Of a DNA stretch of 64,000 nt, positions 39,101-53,490 are shown in pieces. The notes under the pieces were generated by a model that saw only the letters and a list, made by a program, of their open reading frames with translations, searched no databases and was not told where the DNA came from. How positions within the stretch are numbered: the stretch's first letter is position 1; each line of letters begins with the position of its first letter. Source of the stretch: the human T2T-CHM13v2.0 reference genome, Homo sapiens; NCBI RefSeq assembly GCF_009914755.1, contig NC_060947.1. One strand, written 5' to 3'. A program made the translations under genes and the position numbers.

Positions 39101-39486
39101 CATTACTAATAGCTGAGAATCTGTAGATAAAAAAGGAGGTCCCTTTCTCAAGTAACTCACAGCCTAATAATGTAGAGAGAGATGTAAATGAGAACACTAT
39201 AAGGTCATATGCTCAGAGGAGACAGGTAACCAGAGGAGGCCAACCCTGAGGGATTGCAAACAGAGTTATGTCCTATCTTTAGTATGTTTCTAGTACTTAA
39301 CACAGGCCCAATCTTTAGTAGATATGCAATAAATATATATTGAATTAAATCCTATTACCCTTCTCTTGTTAAAACGTTCATAAGGTCAGTGAAATAATCT
39401 TCAACACCTTATTGTACTATTGCAAAGTTTATTAAAAGAAAAAGAAGGGCATCTACTTAAGTGTTCCTAGATATCTTTTCAAAGAG

Positions 39487-39500
39487 ATGAGTCAGCAAAA
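39487..39500 (+). promoter_or_regulatory. Consensus MARE/ARE (NF-E2/NRF2/BACH-sMAF) motif
   Basis: ATGAGTCAGCAAAA matches RTGASTCAGCA followed by an A-rich flank. Motif only. Confidence 0.35.
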
Positions 39501-41433
39501 CTATCCTTTAAAAAGCCCTTTAATTTTTTAAGAAGGCACATAAAATTATTGTTAAGTAAATGTTTAATTACTGTTTTTTATACTTAGCCTAACAGGTTAG
39601 GTCAAATTTATGATTCACGAGAGTTGTATTTTTATGTGTTGTGTGTATTTTTATGGTACATTGGAGTCTCTTGTGGGTAATTAATGTGCACACTATAATT
39701 GTGCCCATTATATAGGACTTGGCACATAATTTTACTCTTTTAAATTGTTATAGAGATCTGTAGTTGTTGTATCTTTGCTTTTACAATGTCGTGTTGTTCA
39801 TATTTATAGTTTGCTTTATATGATATTCTTGGTTAGGAATTCAATCTGAATTATTACATTGTTCTTTGGGGGGAAAAGATTATCTGTTTTAGAATGATAT
39901 GCTCTGTTCCCAAAACTGCGAGAATGCATTATGGTAGAAATTGGTAACTACCTATGCAGTCACATACCACTTGTTATTTTTTCACAGCAATGTTGGAGTT
40001 CTTTCCTCAATCTGAATGAAAACCCCTTCTGGGAATCATTACTTGCTTCATGACTCTTCTCTCCTGATTTTTCCTTCTCCTGTCCAACTTCCTATAATCA
40101 TTGGCAGATTTTCCTCCTAGGCAAAAGTTGGTGTCAGGCCCTGAGCTCATCCTGGACACCATAATACCTGAAATTCCAGCTCAATCAACAGGAGGAACTT
40201 AGAATTAAGTTTTAATGCTGTAGACTCAGGAGTAGGTATGCTAGGGATGTGTGTTCTCCCCTAATCCCTACACAACAGCCCAGCCAAGTTAGCCCTACTG
40301 TCTCCCCCTGAATCCACCCACCACTTAACTGGGCCCTTAAAATTCTATTAAATTCTTGTCAATCTCTTTTCTGGAGTTACTGGACCTCACATCCTGTATT
40401 CTCCACCACTACCTGAGATCTGCCTTTGAATGGACAGTGTTCAGACACATGATGTAACTCTACTTTCATCCAACTAACCCCTGCTACCTGACTTTTCAAC
40501 TGGAATTTCCCAAAGGCCAACCAACTTTAAGACTGGGCCTCCAAGGTTAGAATGCCTAGACTTTTCCAGAACATGCCACACTCTTAGGACAATAGTTTTC
40601 TCTCTGCCTAGCCATGCTTGCTAGGGCTTCCCCAGATTTACCAGTCCTGGTTTTGTTTCCTTTTTCACTAGCATGTGCTTCCGAGGTACCAAGATGTCTC
40701 ACAGTAGCACTGGCTGGGACCCTGGTTCCACAGATATGAACATTCCATTAATCCTGCAACCTGCACAATATCTAGTAGAGTAATAAGCACACAGAACTTC
40801 TTACTGTGCAAATGCCTGGTCTGAAAAAGAGGAGCTTGTCTGCAGATCATAGCCCAGGGATCTGGGGCAAACAATGTTTGAGCCAATAAACTAAATGTCT
40901 CTACCCTCAAGACTTTATAACCTGTTGGGGAAAAGGAGATGAACACCCAGAAAACAAGAATAATGGAGACTGTCTGGTTCCTGTGCTTTCAATGGAGATT
41001 AATGTTACTTCTACCTACCTGGCCCCTCAAACAAGAAAATATCCATTCTTCATTTGGCTATTTCAATGATATTTCTTTTTCATTTATACCATTTAAAACA
41101 ATCTTTTTCTGTATTATTATGTTTTTTTTAGCTGAGGACTTGTGTTATTCTTTCCAACAGTGTAGAATGACAGAAAATGGAGAATAACGGTCCCTGCCAC
41201 CTCAGATGCTCATTTCTTTCCAGTGGAGATTCCAGAATATAAGAGGGCTTTCCTCACCTCCCACTCTTTTTTCCACTCAGTCCCATCTGGCTTCTGCTCC
41301 CCTCATCCAACTAAAACAGCTCTCACTGAGGACAGCAATAATATCCACATTTCTAAATGCAACAGACTTCAAACTTGCCATCTCACTAGCATGTGACACT
41401 ACTGGCTACATGCTCCTTTAAGAAACTCTCTTC

Positions 41434-41743
<310 letters not shown>

Positions 41744-41763
41744 GAAACTCTTTTCTTGGGTTC

Positions 41764-42267
41764 TGTGTTAGTTTCCTATTGTTGCTGTAACCAATGACCA
41801 CCAACTTGGTGGCTTAAAACAACACACATTTATTCTTGCATAATTCTGGCAGTCAGTTCAAAATCAGTATTACTGGGCTGAAATCAAGATGTCAGCAGGG
41901 CTATACTCTCCCTGAAAGCTCTAGGACAGAATCCATTTCCTTTCCTTTTCTAGCTTCTGAAGGCTGCCTGCATTTTTTGGCTCATGACCCCTTTTTCTGT
42001 CATCAAAGCCAACCATGCAGCATGCACCTTTCTTCAACTGTCACATTGCCTTCTTGTTCTGAAGTCGAATTTCTTCCTGCCTCACTCTCATAGAAACACT
42101 TGTGCTTATATTTAGCACCCAAACAGATAATTTAGGTTAATCTCCTCATCTCAAGGTCTTTAACTTAATCACATCTGCAAAGTCCCTTTCCTCATATAAG
42201 ATTGCATTCACAAGTTCCAGTGATTAGGGCATGGATATTTTGAAGGGACATTATTCAGTCTACCACA
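41764..42267 (-). mobile_element. MLT1 (MaLR) solo LTR
   Basis: TG...CA termini, TSD gg(t/c)tc; similar to 10060-10543. Confidence 0.85.
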
Positions 42268-42787
42268 GGCTCCATGACATAACACTCCTAGTTTCCTTCC
42301 TCACACTTCTTTGGCCACTTGTTCTCTGTCTACTTTGCAGTCTTGTCTTGTTCCACACAAAAATTAAATACTAGATTTTCTGAAGGTTTAATCCTGGATT
42401 TTCTGTTTTTCATATGCAATGTTCTATTTACTTAGTATTTATGAGCCATAATTCTTTTGCAAAAGTATGTATTTAAATAGATAAATTTAGTTCAAATTTG
42501 GTAAGTTTAAATTAAATTGAATAAATATATTATTTAAATAAATAAATTTTAAAATTGCGAAACATAGCACACATAGAGAAAAGTGTAAAAACCATGAATA
42601 TCTAACAACAAATTATTATAACATAAAGACATGTGTTACCACCACTCGGGTTGAGAAATAGAACATTGCTAGCAGCCTAGATACCCTCTGTGGGCCCCTT
42701 CCTAATTACATCCCCATCCTTGGTAAATTTATTTTCAAGCATTTTAATTTGTATAATGCTATTGTATGTGGGATATTTTATTCCTTT

Positions 42788-43816
42788 TGAGAAAGAGAAA
42801 AGCAGCCTCAATATCTGGGAGCTGGTCTGGCTCTTTCCTGTTGAACATGAACAAAAGCAATTTCACATGAAGGTAGCAGAATATGTGACCCCAAAATATG
42901 CCACTTTAAAATAAGGTTTATTTAGAGCTAAAGGCACTTAAAAAAAATTAGGTGCGAGAATGGCACTCTGACCCTTCTCTGATAAAACCCCTGTCTGGAA
43001 GATGTCCTTCCTATACCGGAAGGAAAGTAATATTCTTGTCATCAAAGATGTGAAGTTGCAACCAAGAGAATTCTACATAAGTAGACGTTGTTAAAATAAT
43101 TCTTCTTTCCTTCAGCTTCCCAGTTTAGTTACTTTACTGCAATTGCCTCTTTTTGTTCAACCTAATATAAAAACATTTAAGGATTTTCACTTCTCTGGGT
43201 CTTCATTTCCTTATAAGGGTTTCTGTGTCATGTAAAACTTACATTAAACAAATTTGTATGCTTTTTTTTTTGTCTGTCTTAAGTCAGTTTAATTCCCAGG
43301 TTCAGATAAGACCGTAGGAAAGGAGAAGTCAAGTTTTGACTCCATGACACATGGAACAACAACATCAGACAAGGCCACTCTGCAATCCTGATGGATCAAG
43401 ACAAATGCTAGAGTACCTTGTAATCATGACTGAGTGCAGACAAAAACATAAGCTCTGCCAACCCACAAAAAATGCCAAGGTATCCCACTCTGCCTTCTGA
43501 GAGAAGTAGACTGTTTTTTTTTTAACCAGTTAGAGCTCTGACCTCACTTTAATTTTTCATCTTTCCAAAGATGTATTAAGATAATAACAAAATTACCTCT
43601 GCTTCCTGAGAGCATGCAATTCAGAGCAAAGCTCCGCTTGAACTCTGCCCCAAGAGCACCAGACACAAGCCCAAATCCTATAATAAATCATTTCTTAACA
43701 TCTTTTCAAAGAGATGTTTCCTTATGATATGCATTCCCTCTTCGCAATGAGCAATATACCCAAATCATTCAACTACATGCATGTTCCTGGTGGTCTATGC
43801 CTATAGGACACTGACA
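42788..43816 (+). mobile_element. MER90-like ERV1 LTR interrupted by an LTR37-like LTR
   Basis: Start tgagaaagagaaaagcagcc, resumes aacatcagacaaggccactctg after 43349, ends ...ggacactgaca. Confidence 0.65.
42868..43349 (+). mobile_element. LTR37-like ERV1 LTR
   Basis: tgaaggtagcagaatatgtgaccccaaaatatgccacttt...aaatttgtatgctttt...tgaca. Confidence 0.65.
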
Positions 43817-44164
43817 TTTTGGACTTTCTAAGTTATTTTTATTTGTGTAAATATTGCTAATTTTTTGTGTATACCAATTGCATTAATTTTATGAATAATC
43901 TCCTTACTGATTTTTCTTATTGCTAAGCTTCCAAAAAATAACATTTACACAATTATGAAAAATATTTCTACCTTCTCTTTTCAGCATTTATTCCTCTTAT
44001 TTCTTTTTCTTGTCCATTTTCATTGATTAGTACTTGCAAAACATAATAAATATTCCCGGTGATAATGGGTATCTTTGCCTTATTCTTACTTAAATGGGAA
44101 TTTCTTGAGTTTCTCACTATTAAATATGATGCTGGCCTTTTATTTGAGATGTATATCATGTAAG

Positions 44165-44380
44165 GAATTCTGGTTCAAATTCTGGCTCTGCCACTTAAAT
44201 GCTATGAGACCTTAGGCAAGCAGTTTACACTTTTGGCACTAATTTTCTCATCTGAATGTTATGGCAATAATATCACCACTTCACAGGGCTTTGCCAAAAT
44301 TAAATTCATTAAAATATTTTCAGATTGTGAAAATGCTTACAGCAGTGCTTGGTTCATAATTACTACATAAATGAATTTCT
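44165..44380 (+). mobile_element. MIR
   Basis: ggttcaaattctggctctgccactta...gaccttaggcaag. Confidence 0.75.
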
Positions 44381-45069
44381 ATAATACCAATACAATATTC
44401 TCTAACACAAGATAGTTCTATAGCATATACTGTATAATACTACAAACAATAGTATTTCATGTATTGTATAAATACTATTTATTAATCCTCTATTCCAATT
44501 TAATTAAGAATTTTATCAGCACTAGAGGTTGGATTTGATCAAATGCCTTTATGACATCTACAGCAATGTTCATATAGCATTTCTCTTTTCATGGATTCAT
44601 CTTTCTTAAACACCCATCTGATCAGGTAACACTCCTGTTCGGACTCCTTATGACTGCATAAAATAATGCATAATTCCTTAGCAAGGCATTCAAGAACTCC
44701 CATAATATAACCCCAGCTTTTGTTTCCTCAATGCACTCTCTGCTCTGGATATATTAAATTATCTGCTTCATAAAAGGGCCATGCTCTACAATAATAGTTT
44801 TAACATGTGGATTTGTTATGAAGATTTAACAATGTATGCATTTTAAAAATATATAAAACAGTACCTGGTGCAGAGAAAATGTAATATTAGTGTTCCTATA
44901 TATTTTTTTTTATACTTAGGGTTTTGTCAGTAATAGGTGTTGAATTTTATCGAGATCCTTTGGGGCATTTGTAGAGATGTTCATATGGTATTTTTTCCTG
45001 TGATGGAGTCATTTTTTAAAACATATGTCTGATCATATGACACCTTCATAGCAATTTACTACTGACTAC

Positions 45070-45505
45070 TGTTAAAGCGAAATAATATGGTCTGAGAAGG
45101 ACTCCATACTTCTGTATTTAAGTCCTTGTGGATGAACTGCAACCTAACTTAATAGGTAGACAAGATTGAAAACCTAATTTAGGAGTATGCGCCTGTAACA
45201 ATAGCTGAGTCTTGGCCAATCCCAGCAGCCATACTTCAACCACTCATGCACTGCTGAGTGTTCTAACTGTGTTCAAATAAGGCAAACGCTGAGCTGTAAC
45301 CAATCCAGTTGTTTCTGTACCTCACTTCCGATTTCTGTATGTTATTTCCCTTTTTTTTGGTCTATAAATCTTCTACCACGTGGCTACACTGGAGTCTCTC
45401 TAAATCTGCTGTGATTCTGCGGGGGTGGGCTGCCCTATTTGCGAATTGTTCATTAATTAATTAAACTCCTTTAAATTTAATTTGGCTGAAATTTTTCTTT
45501 TAACA
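45070..45505 (+). mobile_element. MER57A-like solo LTR (ERV1)
   Basis: TG...CA termini, TSD CTAC (45066-45069 / 45506-45509), contains aaggcaaacgctgagctgtaaccaatccag. Confidence 0.88.
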
Positions 45506-47347
45506 CTACAAAGCAAGGCATTCAAGATATTCCATGATCTAACTGTACTGGGGGGACATGACTGTGGTCCTGTAAATAGGTTTTAAAATTTTCTCTTAAT
45601 CCAAAGCAACTTTCACCAGGTTGTGAATTTTCATTTTTGTTTGCTACCTTCTTTTGTTCCTAGTGTTTGTGCAAATTATAAGACAGACACGTAGCATTAT
45701 AGATGTTGACATTAATGGATCTGAAACTTTTTAATTTATTGGAGCAATTTCTTGCCAATCTTGTGTTCCTTCTTTGAGGCCTGAGCAGCCACTTGGTTAA
45801 ATATTCATTAGTTTGACTTCTATACTGCATGTGTAAAAATTCCACATGTATTAAAAAAGACTTTCACCTCAATACCTACATCCTGTTCTAGCAGTTTCCT
45901 ATTTACTATGCATACATTATAGACAACTAAACAATATTTGGAGATCCCCTTAGGGCTGCCTGAAAATTCAGAGATATATTGAAATCACATCAGCAATATA
46001 TTTCCCATTTATAATATATTACGCCATAAGTTTGTAATCTCTCCTAAGGAAACAAAATTAATTTTTCAATGTTCTTCGCTTGTGAGAGAGGATAGCATAA
46101 TAAATACTCCTCCTTTGTACATTTAGAGATAATTGGCTGGAAAACTATTGGGTGAAAATTGTTTTCTCACTCACGGTCATTCTGCTACACATTAGCACCA
46201 TTGAGGCATGCTTTTGAATACCAGGAACATGCCCTTCAGACAAAGATTAATTAGATGCAAAAGTTAAAAGAGAGAAACAGATGAATCCTCGGCATGGCTT
46301 TTAGAATAAGAAGTGTGGTCCATGTTAATGGCTGTGCTAGTTTTCAAAGCTCGCCTTTTGAACTCATCTTTTTATGTATCTAGTTTAAAAGGCTTGCATT
46401 CCTATTAATAATGAAATTTTAAAATGAAAGAGAGCTATATAATGATCTACCATTCATGCAAAGGAAATCATTATTTACCATATAATAATTAATTCACAAA
46501 TATCACCTAAGGAACCAAACTGAGGAGAAACTCCTGCTTTGCTCATCTTCTTTCATTCAATTATAACCATCCACTGTGTTGGAAGGGGCTGCAGTGGGGT
46601 TGCAAAGATGGCTATAATGTCGTCCCACTACTTGACGACAAGTTCTTTAAGAGCAGCAACCAGGACAAATATACAAATATCTTTGATGCAAGGCAGAAGA
46701 TGTTACGGCCCAGAAGAAAAATTTCAAAAGAGGGAAAGATCACATCCTTGTTTTGCTTCTGATACTTTGTCTTGCTTTATTATTTTATCACAACTATTTT
46801 AAGTTACAAGAATAAAGAGATATTGCATAACAAGTCAAATAACACAGATGCTTAAAAAGAGATAGTTCATAATCTGCTCCTCCATCCCTTCAATCTCTGC
46901 CCCTGTTCAAGGTAACAAACCTGATATGTTTGATGTACAACTTCTATATCTTTCTAGATTCTCATTTTAAAATCCCAAACTTTTTATTCTTTTACCAAAT
47001 AGGATCATCCGATATGTCTTTTCATGCTTCCTTTTTTAAACTCCAGTGTAAGATATAAAGAACTAGAAATGCCAATGCAGTTTGATGGAAGAAAAGGAGT
47101 CTTTTCAATGAGTGGATCTGGAGAAACTGAATATCTGTATGGAAAAAAAATGATCCTTGACCCCCTCCCTCACAGTTATTTAAAAATTAATTTGACATGG
47201 ATCATAGATCTAAATGTTAAAGCTTGAACTATAAAACTATAAAGCCTCTAGAAGAACCTACAAGAGAATATAGTCATGACCTTGGAGTAGGAAAAGTTTC
47301 TCAACAGGATAGATAAAGCACTAATCAAGAATGAGAAAATTGATAAA

Positions 47348-47364
47348 ACACACACACACACACA

Positions 47365-47397
<33 letters not shown>
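47348..47397. repeat. (CA)n microsatellite between oppositely oriented L1M remnants
   Basis: Direct reading. Plus-strand L1 ORF2-like sequence at 47060-47345 and minus-strand L1 at 47400-47870. Confidence 0.9.
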
Positions 47398-47399
<2 letters not shown>

Positions 47400-47869
47400 C
47401 TGCTCTGATTTCCAAAGTAAACATACCAATTTGTACTCTCATCAGTAGCATATAATGGTACCACTTGTTCCACATCTTGGTCAGCACATGATATTGTAGG
47501 TTTCTAATCTTTACTACTATTGTTGTTGTTTTAATTTTAGCCATTCTGGTTGGTGTGAATCTCACTGTGGTTCTAATTATACTTCCTTGATAACAAATGA
47601 AGGTGAGTACCTTTTCATTGGCTGTTTGGATACTTTTTTTGGTGAAATGCCTGTTAAAATCTTCTGTACATAAAACAAAAAAGGAAAGAAATGGGTTGTG
47701 TGTTTCTCATTGATTTGGAGGCATTTAAACATATTCTGCACATTATATATAATATATAAAATATCTGGGCCTTCACTGTTCTAATAGTCTTTTGATAAAG
47801 AAAAGTTGCTAATTTTAATGAGTACAATTGGCCAGTTATTTCCCTTATTGTTAGTGTATTTTGTGGAAA

Positions 47870-48598
47870 GTAGCTAAGCAAGCCCAAAATCGATATGGCA
47901 GGCAATCAGGAAGGCAGGATCATGAGCAGACAGGAAACCCACAAGCATGGGTATACACTTGTCTACAGGCAGTCAGTTAGGATGGGAAGATGACCAACAG
48001 GCTGAAATAGCACATATGTGAGCTAAATCTTATTGTTCACAGACAGCAGTCAGGGAGGAAGATCCAGGAGGAAAGGAAGAACAATTGTAGATGCAGATGC
48101 TATCTGGGTCTCTAAACTCAGGGAAGGCCTAAGCCCTTTTGTAAAGCCCTTGAAACTAATTAAATCAGGCCAGCAAAGATGTTCCTCAACTTACAATGAG
48201 GTTATGTCCCAATAGTGCATATTCAGTCAAAAATTGTAAGTTGAAAATGCATTTAATACCCTGATAACCCCATTGTAAAGTCAAAAAATTATAAATTGAA
48301 CCATCATAAGGCAGAGGCAATCTGTAACACCGCTTTTGATTAACTTAAAGTCAACTGATTATGGACTTGAATCACATTTGCAAAATCCCCTTTCAGCAGC
48401 ACTCAGATTATTTGTGTGAATGAATATCTGGGAGAAGGCCTGTGTATGTTATGTAATGACTGCTGCTTCCTTTCCATTCTCCAGCTCTTGTAAGAGAACC
48501 TCCCTCATAACCACCCCCCATCTAGAAACATACTAGAAAGCGACTTCTGAGAACTTGTTTTCAGCCTAATCCAATTGACACATCAAATAATTGTCATA
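47870..48598 (-). mobile_element. MLT2-like (ERVL) LTR containing a MER47-like Tigger MITE (~48177-48325)
   Basis: taacttaaagtcaactgattatggacttgaatcacatttgcaaaat is MLT2-type; gatgttcctcaacttacaatgaggttatgtccc is MER47-type. Confidence 0.6.
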
Positions 48599-48624
48599 AA
48601 TATTCTTCTATGTTATCTTCGAGA

Positions 48625-48825
48625 ATCACAATGTCCAATTGGCCATGCATTTGAATAGCCACATGTGGCTACTTAAGTTTAAATTAAATAAAATTTAAAA
48701 TTCAGTTACTCAGTCACGCTAGCCAAGTTTCAACTGCTCAATAACTACATATGGCCACTGTGTTAAACAGCATGGAGACAGAGTATTTCCATCTCATATC
48801 ACAAAGTTCTATCGGACAGTGCTAT
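48625..48825. mobile_element. MER3/MER33-like hAT-Charlie relic
   Basis: tagccacatgtggcta...aaaattcagttactcagtcacgctagcc...aaagttctatcggacagtgct. Confidence 0.75.
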
Positions 48826-49433
48826 TTCAGAAACGATTATTTTGCCTTTAACATTTAGGTTTGTCTCTCATTTGGAACTCATATTTTACTAAAGAGCAAG
48901 GTAGAGGTCAAGATTTATTTTTTTCCATATGGAAATCAAATTAATTGACCCAGTATTATTTCTTGAAAAGCCTACCCATTCGCATTGCATTTCAGTGGCT
49001 GTCATCTTTATTGTAAATTGGATGACCACATATGTGGTGACCTGAATGGCCTGTTTTGGGCTTTTTATTCTATAAGTTTTGTCTATTTATTTTATCAATA
49101 CCTCCTGATCTTAATTCTTGTCTTTTTATAAGTATTGATATTGGTAATAAAAGTTTTCTAATTGTTTTTCTTCTTCAAAACTGCCTCAGTAATCTTTTAC
49201 CTTTTGCATTTCTGTGTGCATTTTAGAATTAGCTTGTCAATTCATACAAACAATTTTCTTGGGTTTTCACTGGGATTGCATTAACTCTATACATGAATTT
49301 GAGGGCAAATCGGCATTTTCTTTTGCATTTAAATGCTATTAAATACTGTTCAACTTGTCCAATTATGTTCTTGGACACATTCCCATTGGCAATATGTGAA
49401 GTTCCTACTTCCCTGTGTCCTTATCACCACTAA

Positions 49434-49781
<348 letters not shown>

Positions 49782-49964
49782 TAAAAATATATGGTATCTG
49801 ATGAGAGAAAATATCTTGCTGTTTTAATTTGAATTTCCCTAACTTTTAATGATGTTCAGCATCTTTTTATATTTTTTCCACTTAAATTTTCGTTTCTGTG
49901 AATTGACTTCTCACTTTAAATCGTTTTTGCTAATTCAAATGCAGGTCTTTTCATGTATTATGGA

Positions 49965-50900
49965 TGTAGTGGATACTATGCCATGCCACTCAGATTTTCT
50001 TTCAGGAAAGTTGCACTTATTTTACCATTTGCCTGGAGTGTTAGCTACTGACTGGTCACAGCTATGTCTTCTCTGGGAATTACCCCTGGCCAGAGGATGC
50101 TGCATCACCTAAGGTTGTATTTCATAATTGATTAATGCCAGTGTACAGAAGGCTGCCTTCTTTACCTTGTGGTGGGGAATCTCCAAAAGACCATGCCAGC
50201 TTTAGCGCTGCCCCTTTGGACTGGCTAAAGCTGCTGGTACAACTGTACTATAGTTCAACCTCTCCCTCTGACCAATCTTGCTTCTTTTGTTTTCCTGCAG
50301 GTATTTTTGCCTAAAAGCATCCCCCAGTAAACTTTCTATGTGCAAATCTCAGTTTCAGAGTTTGTTTCTCCAGAAACCTGACCTACGACAATTCGTGTAG
50401 GAAGTGGTTCTAATTGCTATTTTGGAAATAGATCACCTGGGGGTTTGCTGTCAATAATGACCCCAATGCTGGTGGTCAGTGGAATATGGAGAGTCCTTGG
50501 CATGCTATCGTGGTATAATTGTTATAACTTTCACCAGTGGTAAACTCTTGTGGAATATGGATGGAGCAGAATACATTGTTGGGTGCAATATCTTAAGCAT
50601 TTGGGATATACAGGGGAAATAGTAATTTTAAAGATTGTGAGATTGGATAGCTGCAGTTGGGGGCCTTTTTGTTAGATAAAGGCAATGCAATACCTAAATG
50701 GATGAATTGGTAATTAAATGCTAAATGTGAAAGTCAGATGGTCTCCTTGGTAACATATAAAGAGGCTTCCCTATAGCCATGGGGCAAAAAAAGTGGAGAA
50801 TCAGGCCTGGGACTTAATTATAAGAGTAGCAAAGCTCTGCAGAAAGTTGAATTCTCAAAAGTGTATTGTTGGAAGGCCACAGGTCAGAGATTCATGAGAC
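49965..50900 (+). mobile_element. LTR16A-like LTR (49965-50390) followed by ERVL-type internal sequence
   Basis: LTR end gcaaatctcagtttcagagtttgtttctccagaaacctgacctacgaca, directly followed by degenerate ERV3-16A3-like leader/gag sequence. Confidence 0.6.
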
Positions 50901-52849
50901 TTTGTAGAAGGTGAGATTGAAACCATTATATTTTTAAACATGTACTCATGAATATAAGTTTTAGCACTCCCTTTTATCTCTTTTTCTGGCCCAATAAACA
51001 TAAGTGTTATAGGTACTGAAATTAGGTGAATTTAATGATGTTACTGTAAAATTATTTATATCTTGATATTTGCCAAAGAACCTGAAATGGCAGTTCCAAT
51101 TTTGTATTTTCTTCCTGTTTTCTTTCATCTGTTTTAGTTTTTAAAACTACCTGGAAAATCTATTCAATTTGATTATACAATTTTTGAGATGTGTCAGGAA
51201 TACTTGAAGAATGAAGATTTAGGAAAATCTTTCAGTGGTCAGAGTAAAAAAAAATTACAATTCAGAGAAAATATAGCCCCCTTATGTTTTTCAATACTAA
51301 ATAATCAACTCAACATAATGAAAAACCTGAAAAACAAGAAAATTCATTTGAAAGACAAGTGAGTGGAAAAAATGCATGACAACATGAGATTAAGAAAAGA
51401 AATTACTATTAAATAAAAAGTAAAATAAAAGTGTACAGTCTACAGGGTCCCAGAGTTTTATTACTAAATCTGCTTCACAGAGTACCAGCCTACATTGAAA
51501 GGAACAATTTCCTAAAAGTCAATATTGACAGAATAAGAGAAAAGATTACATTTACTTACCTCGTGAGTCCAATGCAAGACCTTTTTGTAATCACACAAGT
51601 CAGAAAGATATTACTTCTTAGTTTTTCGCTGTCCTGCTTTTTAAAAAACTAAACCAGAAATACAGAAAAGTCCATGAAAACTAATATTGAGAATCCTTCA
51701 TGGACTTGTATTTTTCTAAATGCCAAACTTTTGTAAGATTAAATGACAAGAAATCCCTAGGAAGTTAACTTTGCTAGGACAGAAAGATCATCTGACAACA
51801 TCGTTCTTTCATTATTTGGTATAACTCTAGGATGAGGTGTGCACAATATCTAGAACATATTCTTGCCTATCTAAGCCAAGTGAAACTATATTCAAATAAC
51901 CATTAGGCATTGTATTTGAAAAAAAAGCAAAAATGACAATATCTAATATTACATAACCAGGCTGTACGGTACAAATTCTAATGTTAATGTGTATTATGCT
52001 ATATTACAGTGTGTCTGAAAGAGACCAAATTAGGATCATTTTGCATTCTGCTGATGTGTATTTTTCAGTGATTTCACTGAATATCAGAATCTTGTGCATA
52101 GAGTGATATCAGGTGGAAAATATGGCTCTTTCATTTAGAATTTAAAATGATCTGGCCCCGAAGTGTCACTTATTCTTTAGAGAATTTCTACATAGTGCCT
52201 ACAACGGCTTTGTAGCTGCATTTTTATTCAGAGTCTGGCTTTGAAAACACAAGTGTAATTAAAATCAGAATATAAGTACAGGAGCTGGCTTTGTTAATGT
52301 TAACACAGTTGATTGTTTAAGCCTGGTGCATCATTGCACAGGGCGCTCTACTTATTGCAATGTTAAGGCTCTGGGTAAAGTTCAGGGCTTCTTTCATTAA
52401 GTCGCCCACACCTTCCTTTACTTACTCCCTGCTCACTGCAGCTTCTGACGTTTGGAGACCCAGGAAAATTGTCTGAGGATGGAGGCATATAGGAGTTGCA
52501 ACTGAGCTTTCCATTTGGCACTGTCTTGCCTGGTATCTTTTCAACAGTTTGTGAAAAATAAATGGGTCAATTAATTATCTTTCTGTGAGTATTATGAATC
52601 CAATGATCTTCTTTGTAAAAATGAAAAATGCTAACTGATATTTTCAGGCTGCAATACAGATTCATATTAAGATAATTTACCTTACAATAATCCTTCATCA
52701 GGATTTTAGTGAGTGCTGGTGGTAGACATTTGGGACATATCCCTTCTCTCAGAAAGTTTCCAATCTCAAGGGAGCAGCTAAATAAACAGAGAACTATATT
52801 AGTATAGATGAATAGAATTATTAGAAGGAAATTAGACAATCAAATTTTA

Positions 52850-53005
52850 GACTGAATCAGAATCACTCGGAGAGCTTGTTAAAACAGTTTATTGGGCCTA
52901 CCCCACTATTTCTGATGTAATAGGTCTGGGGTAAGGCCTGATAATTTACATTTCTAACAGCTTTCCAGTTAATATTGATGCTGCTGGTCTGATGGCCACA
53001 TTGAT
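52850..53005. mobile_element. MER5A
   Basis: atcagaatcactcggagagcttgttaaaaca...taggtctggggtaaggcctg...ttctaaca...gatgctgctggtc. Confidence 0.8.
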
Positions 53006-53458
53006 TGCCGTCAGATTCTGAGAATTCACTCTACTTAATGATGAGGGTCTCATACAAAGAAACCCGCATTTACAGGGGACCAATATGGCATAATCAGTGA
53101 GTCACACAGGAAAGAATGAGTAGAACTTTTGCAATGCTCTTTCCTAGGAACCTCCCTAACTTATTGTGTGGGTCAAATGAGTTTAAGTAGTATCATCCTC
53201 ATTTTAATGATGAGCAAAGAGAGGCCAAGGCAAGCTAAGTGACTTATCCAAGATTACACAGCTGACACAGTCACAGACTGGGCTGCAACCCAGCCCGCTT
53301 GGTATTAGTACTGTTTCCACACATACCTGTGCAGAATAGCGTTGTAATGAGAAGGTTTGGAACAATATAGGAAGAGTCTTGGAGGAGATAAGGCTTTCAG
53401 TAAAATTTCAAGAATGGTGAGTTGCAAATGATAGGCAGCGTGCATGCACTGGTCTTAT

Positions 53459-53490
53459 CATGCCATTAGGCAATCATGCCATTAGGCAAT
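53459..53490. repeat. Exact 16-bp tandem duplication
   Basis: atcatgccattaggca occurs twice in tandem. Confidence 0.85.

Noticed and set aside
51512-51559. Possible 48-nt intron (GT...AG on the minus strand) after exon E4
   Set aside because: Too short for a typical primate spliceosomal intron; treated as part of a terminal exon instead.
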